Shown: piece by piece, positions 19,078 to 28,348 of the stretch
Layout of the letters: each line of letters starts with the position of its first letter
How positions within the stretch are numbered: position 1 is the first letter of the stretch
NCBI GenBank assembly: GCA_021735655.1
Contig: JAIPGM010000001.1
Location: 256,001 to 320,000, forward strand
DNA length: 64,000 nucleotides
Origin: Candidatus Omnitrophota bacterium
GTDB taxonomy: Bacteria; Omnitrophota; Gorgyraeia; Duberdicusellales; 4484-171
Direction: 5' to 3'
Position numbers and translations under genes: made by a program
The notes under the pieces: model-generated
What the model was told of the DNA's origin: nothing
Databases searched by the model: none
Seen by the model: the letters and a program-made list of their open reading frames with translations, nothing else

Positions 19078-20058
19078 ATGAAGTCGTATAAAAAATTATT
19101 GGTTGGCGGTGCTATACTCGGAAAAATATTGTTGAAGAAAAGGACACCACTTCTGGTTAGTTGGGTAATCACCGAGAGGTGTAATTATCGTTGTAAATAT
19201 TGCAGTATTTGGAATAAAAAAGTAAGAGATTTAGATTATCAGAATGTTTGCGCTGTCATTGATAAATTATCGAAATGGGGAACTAAAGCTATAGCTTTCA
19301 TTGGAGGCGAACCGCTTTTGCGTGATGATATAGGAAAGATTTTAAAGTATTGTTATCAGAAAGGAATATATACCAAGTTAACCACCAATGGTTCTTTAAT
19401 TTCTAAAAAGCTAGACCAGATTAAAGACGTCGGGTCTGTTAAGTTGAGTTTTGACGGCCCCAAAGAGGTACATGATTCAAACCGCCAGTCGGGTTCTTAT
19501 GAGCATGCTATCGGCGCTGCAGAGCTGCTAAAGAAATCCAAGATTAAAGTGATCTTTAATTGTGTTATTTCTAAAACGAATGTGGAAAGGCTTGATTACG
19601 TATTGTTAATTGCCGCTAAGCTCGGTATCAGAGTTACTTTCCAACCTTTGGAGTTTCGCAATGATCAGGATTTCATATTCGACAATATGCCTTCGGAAGC
19701 TAAATATAAAAAAGCCATAAATAGGCTTATATATGAAAAGAAAAGAGGAAATAGGTACATTGCTAATTCGCTGCCCGGCTTACGATATTTGTATAATTGG
19801 CCCCATGGCAAAGAGTTAAAGTGCTGGGCCGGAACGCTTCATTTTAGGATAGGTCCTCAAGGCAGTTTTTCTGCTTGTGACAGGATTCCTGACGGCTACT
19901 TACCGTTTGATATTTTGAAAGGAGATTTTAAGTCAGCCCTTAAGGGTATGCGGCCCCCCAACTGTAGCCAAGGTTGCTGGCGGAACACAACCATTGAGTT
20001 AAATTATCTTTTATCTCTGCATCCTTTGGCGATATTAAATGCGGTTAATGTCTTTTAA
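19078..20058 (+). CDS. radical SAM/SPASM-domain protein, paralog A4
   Basis: KKRTPLLVSWVITERCNYRCKYC, FIGGEPLLRDDI, FDGPKEVHDS, C-terminal CSQGCW. Confidence 0.8.
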   Translation: MKSYKKLLVGGAILGKILLKKRTPLLVSWVITERCNYRCKYCSIWNKKVRDLDYQNVCAVIDKLSKWGTKAIAFIGGEPLLRDDIGKILKYCYQKGIYTKLTTNGSLISKKLDQIKDVGSVKLSFDGPKEVHDSNRQSGSYEHAIGAAELLKKSKIKVIFNCVISKTNVERLDYVLLIAAKLGIRVTFQPLEFRNDQDFIFDNMPSEAKYKKAINRLIYEKKRGNRYIANSLPGLRYLYNWPHGKELKCWAGTLHFRIGPQGSFSACDRIPDGYLPFDILKGDFKSALKGMRPPNCSQGCWRNTTIELNYLLSLHPLAILNAVNVF

Positions 20059-21049
20059 ATGGGTAATGAAATTAATAAATAAAATAGCTTCTCTTAAATC
20101 TATCCTAAAGGCTAAATGCTTTTCTTACCGGATTCCTTTAATAGTAAGTTGGCATTTGGTTAATCGATGCAATCGAAAATGTAAATATTGTTATCGATGG
20201 AGCACCGTTGAGAAAGAACTATCCAGCGATGAGGTTTTTTGCGTAATCGATGTATTGTCTCAAATGGGCAACCAGGTGATAATATTTAGCGGCGGAGAGC
20301 CTTTACTTAGGGATGATATAGGTAAAATCATAGATTATAGTCAGGCTAAGGGTATCTTTACGGGGTTGACCTCTAACGGTGATTTAGTCCCAGAAAGAAT
20401 AAATGAGATTAAGGGATTGGATATGCTAAAGATAAGTTTCGATGGTCCGAAAGATGTACATGATTTTTTAAGGGGTAAAGGGTCATATGACAATGTTATG
20501 GTGGCCATTGAAACGGCAAAAAAATACAACATCAAGGTTAAGTTCAATACTACTTTAACTAAATATAATATAGAATATATAGATTTCATTTTGGAAAAGG
20601 CAAAGCAATTAAATGTAAAAGTAAAATTTCAACCGGTTAGCCATGTGCACTCAGCCGGAAAAGACATTCGCGATTTTTTTCCCGAGATTAAAGAGTATAA
20701 ACAGGCGGTTCAAAGGTTGATCGACTCAAAAAGGACTAATAAATTTATTATTAATTCGATTGCTAGCCTTAACTATCTTAGTACTTGGCCGCACCCTCTA
20801 AAATTAAAATGTTATGCCGGAAAATTAATCTGTTGCATCACAGCTAATGGAAAAGTTTGGCCTTGTTCAGCGGCGCGTGAGGAATCTTATCATTTGAACT
20901 GTTTAGACCCAAAATTTAAAAAGATGTTTGCTCGAGGGTTGGCTATGCCATTTTGTCAGGGCTGTTGGTGCTCAAGTACTTTGGAACTAAATTGCCTGAT
21001 GAAGTTTAACCTTAATACAATTTTAAACATTAGAAGATTATTTGATTGA
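20039..21049 (+). CDS. radical SAM/SPASM-domain protein, paralog A5
   Basis: YRIPLIVSWHLVNRCNRKCKYC, FSGGEPLLRDDI, FDGPKDVHDFLRGKGSY, CQGCWC. True start may be ATG 20048 or 20066. Confidence 0.8.
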   Translation: MRLMSFKWVMKLINKIASLKSILKAKCFSYRIPLIVSWHLVNRCNRKCKYCYRWSTVEKELSSDEVFCVIDVLSQMGNQVIIFSGGEPLLRDDIGKIIDYSQAKGIFTGLTSNGDLVPERINEIKGLDMLKISFDGPKDVHDFLRGKGSYDNVMVAIETAKKYNIKVKFNTTLTKYNIEYIDFILEKAKQLNVKVKFQPVSHVHSAGKDIRDFFPEIKEYKQAVQRLIDSKRTNKFIINSIASLNYLSTWPHPLKLKCYAGKLICCITANGKVWPCSAAREESYHLNCLDPKFKKMFARGLAMPFCQGCWCSSTLELNCLMKFNLNTILNIRRLFD

Positions 21050-21074
21050 TATCTGATAATTTCTAAACTAGAAT

Positions 21075-22058
21075 ATGGATATTTCAGTAATAATTCCATC
21101 GTATCGACCAGCTGACATAAAAGAATGTTTGAAATCTATTTTTGAATCTGATCTTAGGCCTTGTGAGATTATCTTGGTAGATGATTGTTCAACTCTTGAT
21201 TATTTCAGAGAAATAGATAGTTTTTGCCAGATAATTAAGTTGAAAGAACACGTCGGTCCGGCCAAAGCCAGAAATATTGGTGCTTGTCAAGCAAAAGGGG
21301 ATATTTTTTGTTTCATTGATTCCGATGTTAAAATATTTAGCAATACCTTGAGATTAATAAGTGATTCATTTCAATCTTTACCAGAAATTGCTGCCGTTCA
21401 AACTGCATGCACAGAATATTGTAGATTCACGAATTTTGCAAGCCAATATCATAATTTATACCTATATTTTCACATTGAAGCAATCAGGTGTAAATATATT
21501 AGGACTTTCATCGGAAATTGTTTTGCAGTAAAAAAAGAAGACTTTGTTTCGGTAGGAGGGTTTAATGAAAATATTAAAAATGCAAGCGTCGAGGATGGTG
21601 ATTTTGGTATGCGACTGTCTGAGCAGGAAAGAATAATATATCTAAATAAAAACATTAAAATTGAGCACAGAAGTTATATTAAATTACGAGGCGTACTAAA
21701 AAGAATGTTTATTCAATCCCAAGATAAAGTGTATACTTTAATGAAAAATAAAAGTTTATTTAAATTTTCTCCGGATAAAACTCCTCACTCGAAGGAAAAA
21801 ATATTTTCAGTATTATTGTCGCCTTTGTTGCTGATCAGTTCCATTATTTTAATTTTTGCTCCAAAAACGTATGTAATTTTTCTCTCAGCCTTATTGCTAT
21901 ATTTATTGTCTAGCAGGCAGTTTATCTATTTTACCTTGAAATCCAAAGGGATAATGTTTGCAATTAAAGCTGCTGTTTTTTATTACCTTAATTGCTTAGT
22001 TGCTTTCGTTGGCATAACCTGGGGTGTAATCAAGTTTGGGGGGGGTAATATTATCTAA
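21075..22058 (+). CDS. family-2 glycosyltransferase with C-terminal TM domain (cassette copy 2)
   Basis: MDISVIIPSYRP, FIDSDV, VGGFNEN. Hydrophobic C-terminus. A G8 tract lies in the last codons. Confidence 0.65.
   Translation: MDISVIIPSYRPADIKECLKSIFESDLRPCEIILVDDCSTLDYFREIDSFCQIIKLKEHVGPAKARNIGACQAKGDIFCFIDSDVKIFSNTLRLISDSFQSLPEIAAVQTACTEYCRFTNFASQYHNLYLYFHIEAIRCKYIRTFIGNCFAVKKEDFVSVGGFNENIKNASVEDGDFGMRLSEQERIIYLNKNIKIEHRSYIKLRGVLKRMFIQSQDKVYTLMKNKSLFKFSPDKTPHSKEKIFSVLLSPLLLISSIILIFAPKTYVIFLSALLLYLLSSRQFIYFTLKSKGIMFAIKAAVFYYLNCLVAFVGITWGVIKFGGGNII
22038..22045. repeat. G8 homopolymer in the last codons of the GT2 gene
   Basis: Counted directly: 8 consecutive G encoding GGG, 7 codons before the stop. 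Confidence 0.9.
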
Positions 22059-23164
22059 TGCAGTATATTAAACAAATTTTTAAACTGATTAATAAGAAAA
22101 GTGTGAATCCAGAATATGTTACATTTTTTATTACTAATAAATGCAATGCAAAGTGTAAGCACTGCTTATATTGGTCTAGCCTTAATTCAGACGAAAACGA
22201 ATTGTCTTGTGAGGAGGTTAAAAAGATATCGCAAAATATGGGCAACTTTATATTTTTACTTATCACCGGCGGTGAGCCATTCATGAGAGAAGATATTTCA
22301 GAGATTGCTCGTATTTTTTATGAGAATAACAACATTAAAAAACTTTCCCTAGTGACCAATGGCTATTTTACTGATAAAATAATTGGACATACTAAGGAAA
22401 TATTAAGAAGGTGTCCAAAATTACAGTTGAACCTAAGTATTTCCTTGGATGGCATTGGCAAAAGGCACGATGAAATTAGAGGCCTAGAGGGTATTTTTCA
22501 AAGAGCAATTAATACCATTGGCAATCTAAAAAAAGTTCAGAATTCTTATCCGAAATTATCTATTTCAACCGTTTGCTCATTTTCAGTTTTAAATCAAAAC
22601 GATATTTTTGATATTTATCATTACGCAAGGGATGTTCTTAAACTTGATTCATTTAATTGTCCTTTAGTTCGCGGTAATTTAAAAGACAACTCAATAAAAT
22701 CAAGTGATATAGCTATATACAAAAAGCTTTCAGAGGTTGTGAGAGCTGATGTTGTCAGCGGTAAATTAAAAGGGGCCAGCGATCATTTTATATCTAATGT
22801 AATATCTGCGGCTAAATTTATTGCGACAGATTTAAGCGTAAAGACTTTTGAGGCTGACAAATATATAACTCCCTGTTATGCCGGTAAAATAAATGTAGTT
22901 ATTTACCCTGACGGAGGGGTGTTTCCTTGTGAATTGCGAAAGGAAAAGTTGGGAGATTTAAGGACGGCGAATTATGATTTTAAAAAAATATGGTTTTCAA
23001 AAAAATCAAAAAGAGTTCTTGAGAAAATAAAAGAAACTAAATGCCATTGTTTTCATGGTTGTAATATGTTACCTAATGTTTTATATAATTCTCGATATAT
23101 ACCTAAGATGACTGTGAATTATATAAATGTATTATTAAAGAGATCAGGCAATAACTACAATTGA
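22058..23164 (+). CDS. radical SAM protein with Cys-rich C-terminal extension, paralog B2
   Basis: FFITNKCNAKCKHCLYW, TGGEPFMREDI, FPCELR...CHCFHGC. Start overlaps the GT2 stop. Confidence 0.75.
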   Translation: MQYIKQIFKLINKKSVNPEYVTFFITNKCNAKCKHCLYWSSLNSDENELSCEEVKKISQNMGNFIFLLITGGEPFMREDISEIARIFYENNNIKKLSLVTNGYFTDKIIGHTKEILRRCPKLQLNLSISLDGIGKRHDEIRGLEGIFQRAINTIGNLKKVQNSYPKLSISTVCSFSVLNQNDIFDIYHYARDVLKLDSFNCPLVRGNLKDNSIKSSDIAIYKKLSEVVRADVVSGKLKGASDHFISNVISAAKFIATDLSVKTFEADKYITPCYAGKINVVIYPDGGVFPCELRKEKLGDLRTANYDFKKIWFSKKSKRVLEKIKETKCHCFHGCNMLPNVLYNSRYIPKMTVNYINVLLKRSGNNYN

Positions 23165-23165
23165 T

Positions 23166-24107
23166 ATGTTGACTAAAATTAACCTTCAAAAAATAAAATC
23201 TTTTACGATATCTATTGTTACGATAATTATTTTCGTTGTATTGTTTTCTAAGATAAATATTTATCAATTTGCCGAGCATCTCAAAGAGGCAAATCTATTT
23301 TTTTTATTATTAGGAGTCGGTATATTTATATTTACCGAATTATTTATTTCTTCTGTTCAGTGGGTAGAAATACTTCGACAGCTCAATTGCCATATTAGCT
23401 TGAAGGAAGCAATGTTTATAAGGATTGGAAGTATTCCGGCAAAATCGATGTTGCCATTTCGAAGCGGAGAGTTGTTAAGAGCTTTTTATCTTAAAAAACA
23501 GAAGCAATTTCCAGTTTCTTTGGGGGTTGGTTCTTTACTCTTTCAGCTCATAATTAATCTTTTAGTTTTAATTAGCATTATGTCGTCTGCTTACATTTAT
23601 TTTTTTAAATTAGATAACATTATTTTTTTCTCATTAATCTTAGCATTTCTATTCATTTTTTGTATATTATCATTTAAATTTATAAATAAGTTTATTCTTT
23701 ATTTGGCTAAAAAAGTAAATTTTCAATTTTATGAGTCTCTAAAGGCTTTATTCAATATTCACAGGAATTTTAAATTAAAAAGTTTAGTGGTGATACTTTT
23801 TTATTCGGTTATTATGTGGGTCGGTGAATTGTTTATATTTATTTTTATATTTAAGACAGTCGGTTTAGATATACCACTATACGCGATACTTATATTTGTA
23901 CCTTGGACAATCATAATAAGTAATATCCCCATAACCATTTCGGGTTTAGGGACAAGGGAGGCTAGCATAGTTTTACTTTTTTTACAATTTGGCTCACCTG
24001 AAAAATTATTGAGCAGTGGAGTGCTTATGTCATTTATCCAATTTGTTTTACCATTAACATTCAGTTTGTTATTCCTTAGAAAGTTTTTGAAAAAGATTAT
24101 GGTCTGA
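23166..24107 (+). CDS. UPF0104 / lysylphosphatidylglycerol-synthase-TM-domain (flippase-like) membrane protein
   Basis: 8+ TM helices. Conserved LPFRSGELLRAFYL-type segment. Confidence 0.5.
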   Translation: MLTKINLQKIKSFTISIVTIIIFVVLFSKINIYQFAEHLKEANLFFLLLGVGIFIFTELFISSVQWVEILRQLNCHISLKEAMFIRIGSIPAKSMLPFRSGELLRAFYLKKQKQFPVSLGVGSLLFQLIINLLVLISIMSSAYIYFFKLDNIIFFSLILAFLFIFCILSFKFINKFILYLAKKVNFQFYESLKALFNIHRNFKLKSLVVILFYSVIMWVGELFIFIFIFKTVGLDIPLYAILIFVPWTIIISNIPITISGLGTREASIVLLFLQFGSPEKLLSSGVLMSFIQFVLPLTFSLLFLRKFLKKIMV

Positions 24108-24238
24108 TTAATATTTTATGGTTTCTAGGAGAGTTTTTAAAGGTTAGTAATGCGGAAATATTTGGCTAGATAAATAATTTATTATTTTTGAGCGGCAAAA
24201 AAAGATATATAGCATTAAGGTAGCAAAATGAGTATACG

Positions 24239-24982
24239 ATGAGCAAGATAATAGCAATTATCCCTACTTACAATGAGGCTGGGAATATTTTACCTTTGTT
24301 AGGTAAACTTTTTTCTCTGGCAAGTAATATTTCTGTTTTGATAGTGGATGATAGCTCGCCTGACGGGACATCTCAAATAGTAATAAAGTTGCAAAGAGAA
24401 TATCCTAAGCTACATTTAATAACTCGGGCATGTCGTCAAGGCTTGGGCAGTGCTTATATAGAGGGGTTTAAATATGCCCTAAAGAAAGGTTACGATATAA
24501 TAATTCAAATGGACGCAGATTTATCTCACGCTCCGCGTGAGGTGTTAAAGATGATCGCTTTAATTGAGAGGTATGATCTAGTTATTGGCAGCAGATATAT
24601 TAAGGGTGGAGGAGTCTACGATTGGTCATATCCGAGAGTTTTGTTGAGCCGCTGGGCAAATATTTTTTCAAAAATATTGCTTAGGACGCAGGTCTATGAC
24701 TTAACCAGCGGATTCAAATGCTTGCGAAAGAATGTATTGGAAGAAATAGATTTCCAAACTATATCTTCCAGAGGGTATGCTTTCCAGATTGAAATGGTTT
24801 TTAGAGCTTTAAGGAAAGGCTTTAAGGTAATTGAGCATCCAATTATCTTTCAAGGAAGAAGATATGATAAGTCTAAAATGTCTTTGCCGATTGTCATAGA
24901 GGCTTTTATTAGAGTTTTGTGTTTGTTTTTTAATCGATTCTCCAGGGGGCGCAATACAGGATCAAATATTATCAATAAATAA
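24239..24982 (+). CDS. family-2 glycosyltransferase, dolichyl/polyprenyl-phosphate hexosyltransferase-like
   Basis: IIAIIPTYNEAGNI, VDDSSPDGT, QMDADLSHAPRE. Confidence 0.7.
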   Translation: MSKIIAIIPTYNEAGNILPLLGKLFSLASNISVLIVDDSSPDGTSQIVIKLQREYPKLHLITRACRQGLGSAYIEGFKYALKKGYDIIIQMDADLSHAPREVLKMIALIERYDLVIGSRYIKGGGVYDWSYPRVLLSRWANIFSKILLRTQVYDLTSGFKCLRKNVLEEIDFQTISSRGYAFQIEMVFRALRKGFKVIEHPIIFQGRRYDKSKMSLPIVIEAFIRVLCLFFNRFSRGRNTGSNIINK

Positions 24983-25133
24983 AGGCCTTTCGACTTAAAG
25001 GTTAGGGAAATTTTTTAAGAAATACGATTAAAAAAGTATTTGATTCTATATAGAATATGATAAAATTAAGGGATAAAGAAGTGTGTTTTTATATTAGATG
25101 CACAATTTACAATGCTAAAGGGAGGTGTCCAAA

Positions 25134-25886
25134 ATGATTAGGACCATGGAAACTTTATGTTTTGCGGCTTTGATTTTTGCAATAACATTTGCTTTTACTC
25201 CATTAGCTTTAGCTTATGATTTAAGTAAGTATTACCCTTTAAATGAAGGTGATAGTTGGGAGTATTTAACAAGCGGAATAGGCTACGTTGAGGGTGGAGC
25301 AGATAAGGCAGAATTTTCCGATATGATTGAAGTAGATAAAATAGAATCAAAAGAATCTATTTCCGGTAAAAGGACCATGGTAAAGGTTTCGGGAGCCTTA
25401 GAGGAAAAAGAATGTTTGGCTGTAGACTCAGAAGGACTAAAACTGTACAAGTTAATAGATGGTCCAGGTGGTTATGATATATTTACCCCGCCGTTCATGC
25501 AGTTGGCAAATCTTGCAGTTGGAGAGAGTAAAACTTTCTTAAGCAATGCAATCGGGTATGGTGATCGCTCAAGTGAAGGAGCCAGACTGAATACAAATAC
25601 GATAACATTGGAATCAGTGGAAAGAGTAGAAGTTCCCGCAGGATTATTTGATGATTGCCTTAAATTTACGTCGACGGGTGAAAGAGCCTACGCAGATGGC
25701 AATTATGAAAATATTGAGTCTACCGTTTGGCTTGCTTTAGGGGTAGGTGTAGTTAAGGCTGATTATATTTATATCGAACATGATTTTTCTTCAGGCGAGG
25801 ATAGTACTACTACCAACAAGCGAAATTTGGTTTCAGCAAAGGTAAATGGTCAACAAATCGGAACTCCAAAGGAAAGTCAAGAATAA
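25134..25886 (+). CDS. secreted hypothetical protein (signal peptide)
   Basis: ATG 25134 with AAGGGAGG 9 nt upstream. Signal-peptide-like N-terminus with AYD cleavage-like site. Confidence 0.4.
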   Translation: MIRTMETLCFAALIFAITFAFTPLALAYDLSKYYPLNEGDSWEYLTSGIGYVEGGADKAEFSDMIEVDKIESKESISGKRTMVKVSGALEEKECLAVDSEGLKLYKLIDGPGGYDIFTPPFMQLANLAVGESKTFLSNAIGYGDRSSEGARLNTNTITLESVERVEVPAGLFDDCLKFTSTGERAYADGNYENIESTVWLALGVGVVKADYIYIEHDFSSGEDSTTTNKRNLVSAKVNGQQIGTPKESQE

Positions 25887-25899
25887 TAAGGCCAGCGTG

Positions 25900-25934
25900 C
25901 AAGTTTTAGCTAATGAAACTTGATAATTTTTTTA
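25900..25934 (+). terminator. rho-independent terminator after the secreted-protein gene
   Basis: Stem CAAGTTT / AAACTTG with a 9-nt loop, followed by ATAATTTTTTT. Confidence 0.5.
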
Positions 25935-25986
25935 TTGCAGTTTCATAAATCCTTCTATACGATTCAAATTCAATATTACAATTTAT

Positions 25987-25995
25987 GGGGGGGGG
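25987..25995. repeat. G9 homopolymer, intergenic, about 120 bp upstream of the GT4 gene
   Basis: Counted directly: 9 consecutive G in an AT-rich intergenic region. Confidence 0.9.
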
Positions 25996-26116
25996 TTAAT
26001 CCGATCAACATGTGAAGTTCCTCATGAATTGCAGTCTTATCAAAATACGCATAAACATAAAATACGAATTAATAAAGATGTTAAGCTATATATAGTTGAT
26101 AGTTGTAGGGCGAAAA

Positions 26117-27220
26117 ATGAAAAAAATTCTGGTTTTTAACGCTGGAGCTTATATCTACGGAGCAGAAAGAGGGTTAATTAATTTTATTAGAACTTTGTCT
26201 GATAAATTTGAAATAACGGTAGTCTTGCCTTCCCAAGGCCCCCTTTCTAAAAAAATCGAAAAATTAAATGTATCTTTAAAAATATTTCCGATACCGATCC
26301 TTAAAATCTCGCTTTCACCGCTATATTATATTTTTTTTCCTTTTCATTTTATTTTTTCCGTTATTTATTTTAGCATTTATGCAATCCGCAAAGATATTGA
26401 AATAATTTGTAGTAATTCTTTACTTTTAGTTTTTCCGGCTATTGTTGCTAAATTTACCAAAAAAAGACATATCTGGTATTTAAGAGAGTTTCTGCCTTCT
26501 AGTTTTTTGAATAAAGCTCTAGGGGCATTCATTATCAGATTTTCAAACCAAATAATATGTCAATCTCAAGCTATTAGGGAAGCCTTGCTTGGCAAAGAAA
26601 GGGGCATTATTATTTATGAACCTTTAAATGCTACGGACTATAAAATCTACAAATCAGATCTTGCAAGAAGTGAGCTAAATATCCCTATAAAATCAACGGT
26701 TATTTCAATAATTTCTCGAGTGCATCCTTCTAAGGGACAGTATGAATTTATAGTTGATATTAAAAGGACATTAAAGAAAAATCCCAACATCCTTTTGGTT
26801 ATCGCCGGTGATATATCGCCGAACAATTTAAGAAATCGTTTATATAAAGCAAAAATAGAAAAATTGATAGAGGGGGATACTCTAAAAAATGTAGTCCTTT
26901 TAGGTTTTAGAGATGATGTTGATAGGATACTTTCTTTAAGCAATATTTGCGTTTTTCCTTTTAAAAGAAAAGAACCGTTTGGAATTTCTGTAGCTGAAAG
27001 TTTAACTTTTGGTAAAATAACTTTTTTTCCTCAGGTTGGAGGTCTAAAAGAAGTACGTGATATCTTTGGTCGGGGAAACGATTTTAGTATAGATAGGATT
27101 TGTGAGATAGCCTCAAACTTTGAACCAGCACGAGTAGAAAAGCTCCAAGAATTATATATCCCTGAAGAGCTTTCTATCGCGACATACAAAAATAAACTTA
27201 TTCCTATTTTTGAAAATTAA
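26117..27220 (+). CDS. family-4 (GT-B) glycosyltransferase
   Basis: C-terminal EPFGISVAE (EX7E motif), GT-B-like layout. ATG at 26117 chosen; the track starts at TTG 26096. Confidence 0.6.
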   Translation: MKKILVFNAGAYIYGAERGLINFIRTLSDKFEITVVLPSQGPLSKKIEKLNVSLKIFPIPILKISLSPLYYIFFPFHFIFSVIYFSIYAIRKDIEIICSNSLLLVFPAIVAKFTKKRHIWYLREFLPSSFLNKALGAFIIRFSNQIICQSQAIREALLGKERGIIIYEPLNATDYKIYKSDLARSELNIPIKSTVISIISRVHPSKGQYEFIVDIKRTLKKNPNILLVIAGDISPNNLRNRLYKAKIEKLIEGDTLKNVVLLGFRDDVDRILSLSNICVFPFKRKEPFGISVAESLTFGKITFFPQVGGLKEVRDIFGRGNDFSIDRICEIASNFEPARVEKLQELYIPEELSIATYKNKLIPIFEN

Positions 27221-28348
27221 ATGAAGCCGTTTAAAAAAAAGATACTTTTTATTATTACCCACCTTGAATTGGGAGGAGCTCAGGGTCAGTTGCTTTTGCT
27301 TGTAAAAAATCTAGATAGAAACAAGTACTCACTGTATTTATCTTCCGGAGACCAGGGCTATCTCAAGGAAGAATTTTTAAAACTCCCATATTTACATATA
27401 AAATTAATTCCGGAGTTGATAAGAAATATTAATCCTTTCTACGATTTTATTGCTTTTTTGAAATTATATTTCTATATCAAAAAAAATAAATTCGATATAG
27501 TTCATACTAATTCCCCTAAAGCTTCTATTTTGGGAAGATGGGCGGCTTATCTGGCAGGCGTAAAAGGTATTATTTACACTGTACACGGTTGGCCTTTTCA
27601 TAAATTCATGAATCCGATAGTGCATTATTTATATATTTTAATTGAAAAAGTGACCGCCAAGATTACAAAAAAGATAATAGTTGTTTCTGAAGCAGACCTT
27701 AGAACAGGAATAGAGAATGAAATCGCCGATAAAAATAGAATTTTTCTTGTTCATTATGGCATAGAAATAGATAAGTTTAATAAGGTGTATGATCAAAGAA
27801 GCGAAATTTTTCCTGGTAATACTGTTTTTACAATCTCTTCGTTTAAGCCTCAAAAGGATATTTTTAATTTTTTGAAATTAGCAAAAATGCTTCTTGATAG
27901 AAATCCTCAGTTGAATTTTATCATAGCCGGAGACGGACCTTTGCGTAAGAGAGTGGAGAAAAGGATAGAGTTACTAGGGCTAAGCGGTAAGGTGCACCTA
28001 AAGGGCTGGTCTGACGATGTTTCTCTTTTATTTAAAATGGCATCGTTGTTTGTGCTCACTTCTTTATGGGAAGGTCTACCAGTGTCTTTGATTGAAGCGG
28101 TTGTATCAGGAGTTCCGGTGGTAGTCACTAATACCGGTGGCATTTTCGATATAGTGAAAAGCGGCAATCAGGGGGTGGTCGTCAATCCAACCAATATTTT
28201 AGAAATAGAGAGCGCTTGTTGGGAAATATTGAAAAACTATGATAATTGGAGTACAATTGTCAGGAATGGCCGGAAAAAGTTAAATTTAAAATATTGGTCT
28301 TTTGCTAGAACGCTGAGAGAAATAGAAAATATTTATGCTACTATTTAA
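27221..28348 (+). CDS. family-4 (GT-B) glycosyltransferase
   Basis: N-terminal LGGAQ, C-terminal EGLPVSLIEAVVSGVPVVVTNTGG (EX7E). Confidence 0.75.
   Translation: MKPFKKKILFIITHLELGGAQGQLLLLVKNLDRNKYSLYLSSGDQGYLKEEFLKLPYLHIKLIPELIRNINPFYDFIAFLKLYFYIKKNKFDIVHTNSPKASILGRWAAYLAGVKGIIYTVHGWPFHKFMNPIVHYLYILIEKVTAKITKKIIVVSEADLRTGIENEIADKNRIFLVHYGIEIDKFNKVYDQRSEIFPGNTVFTISSFKPQKDIFNFLKLAKMLLDRNPQLNFIIAGDGPLRKRVEKRIELLGLSGKVHLKGWSDDVSLLFKMASLFVLTSLWEGLPVSLIEAVVSGVPVVVTNTGGIFDIVKSGNQGVVVNPTNILEIESACWEILKNYDNWSTIVRNGRKKLNLKYWSFARTLREIENIYATI

Noticed and set aside
24983-25133. Possible promoter (TGATAAAAT extended -10) upstream of the secreted-protein gene, and a weak hairpin after the GT2 stop
   Set aside because: Spacing to a -35 is poor, and the hairpin has only a 5-bp stem. 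Too weak to list as features.
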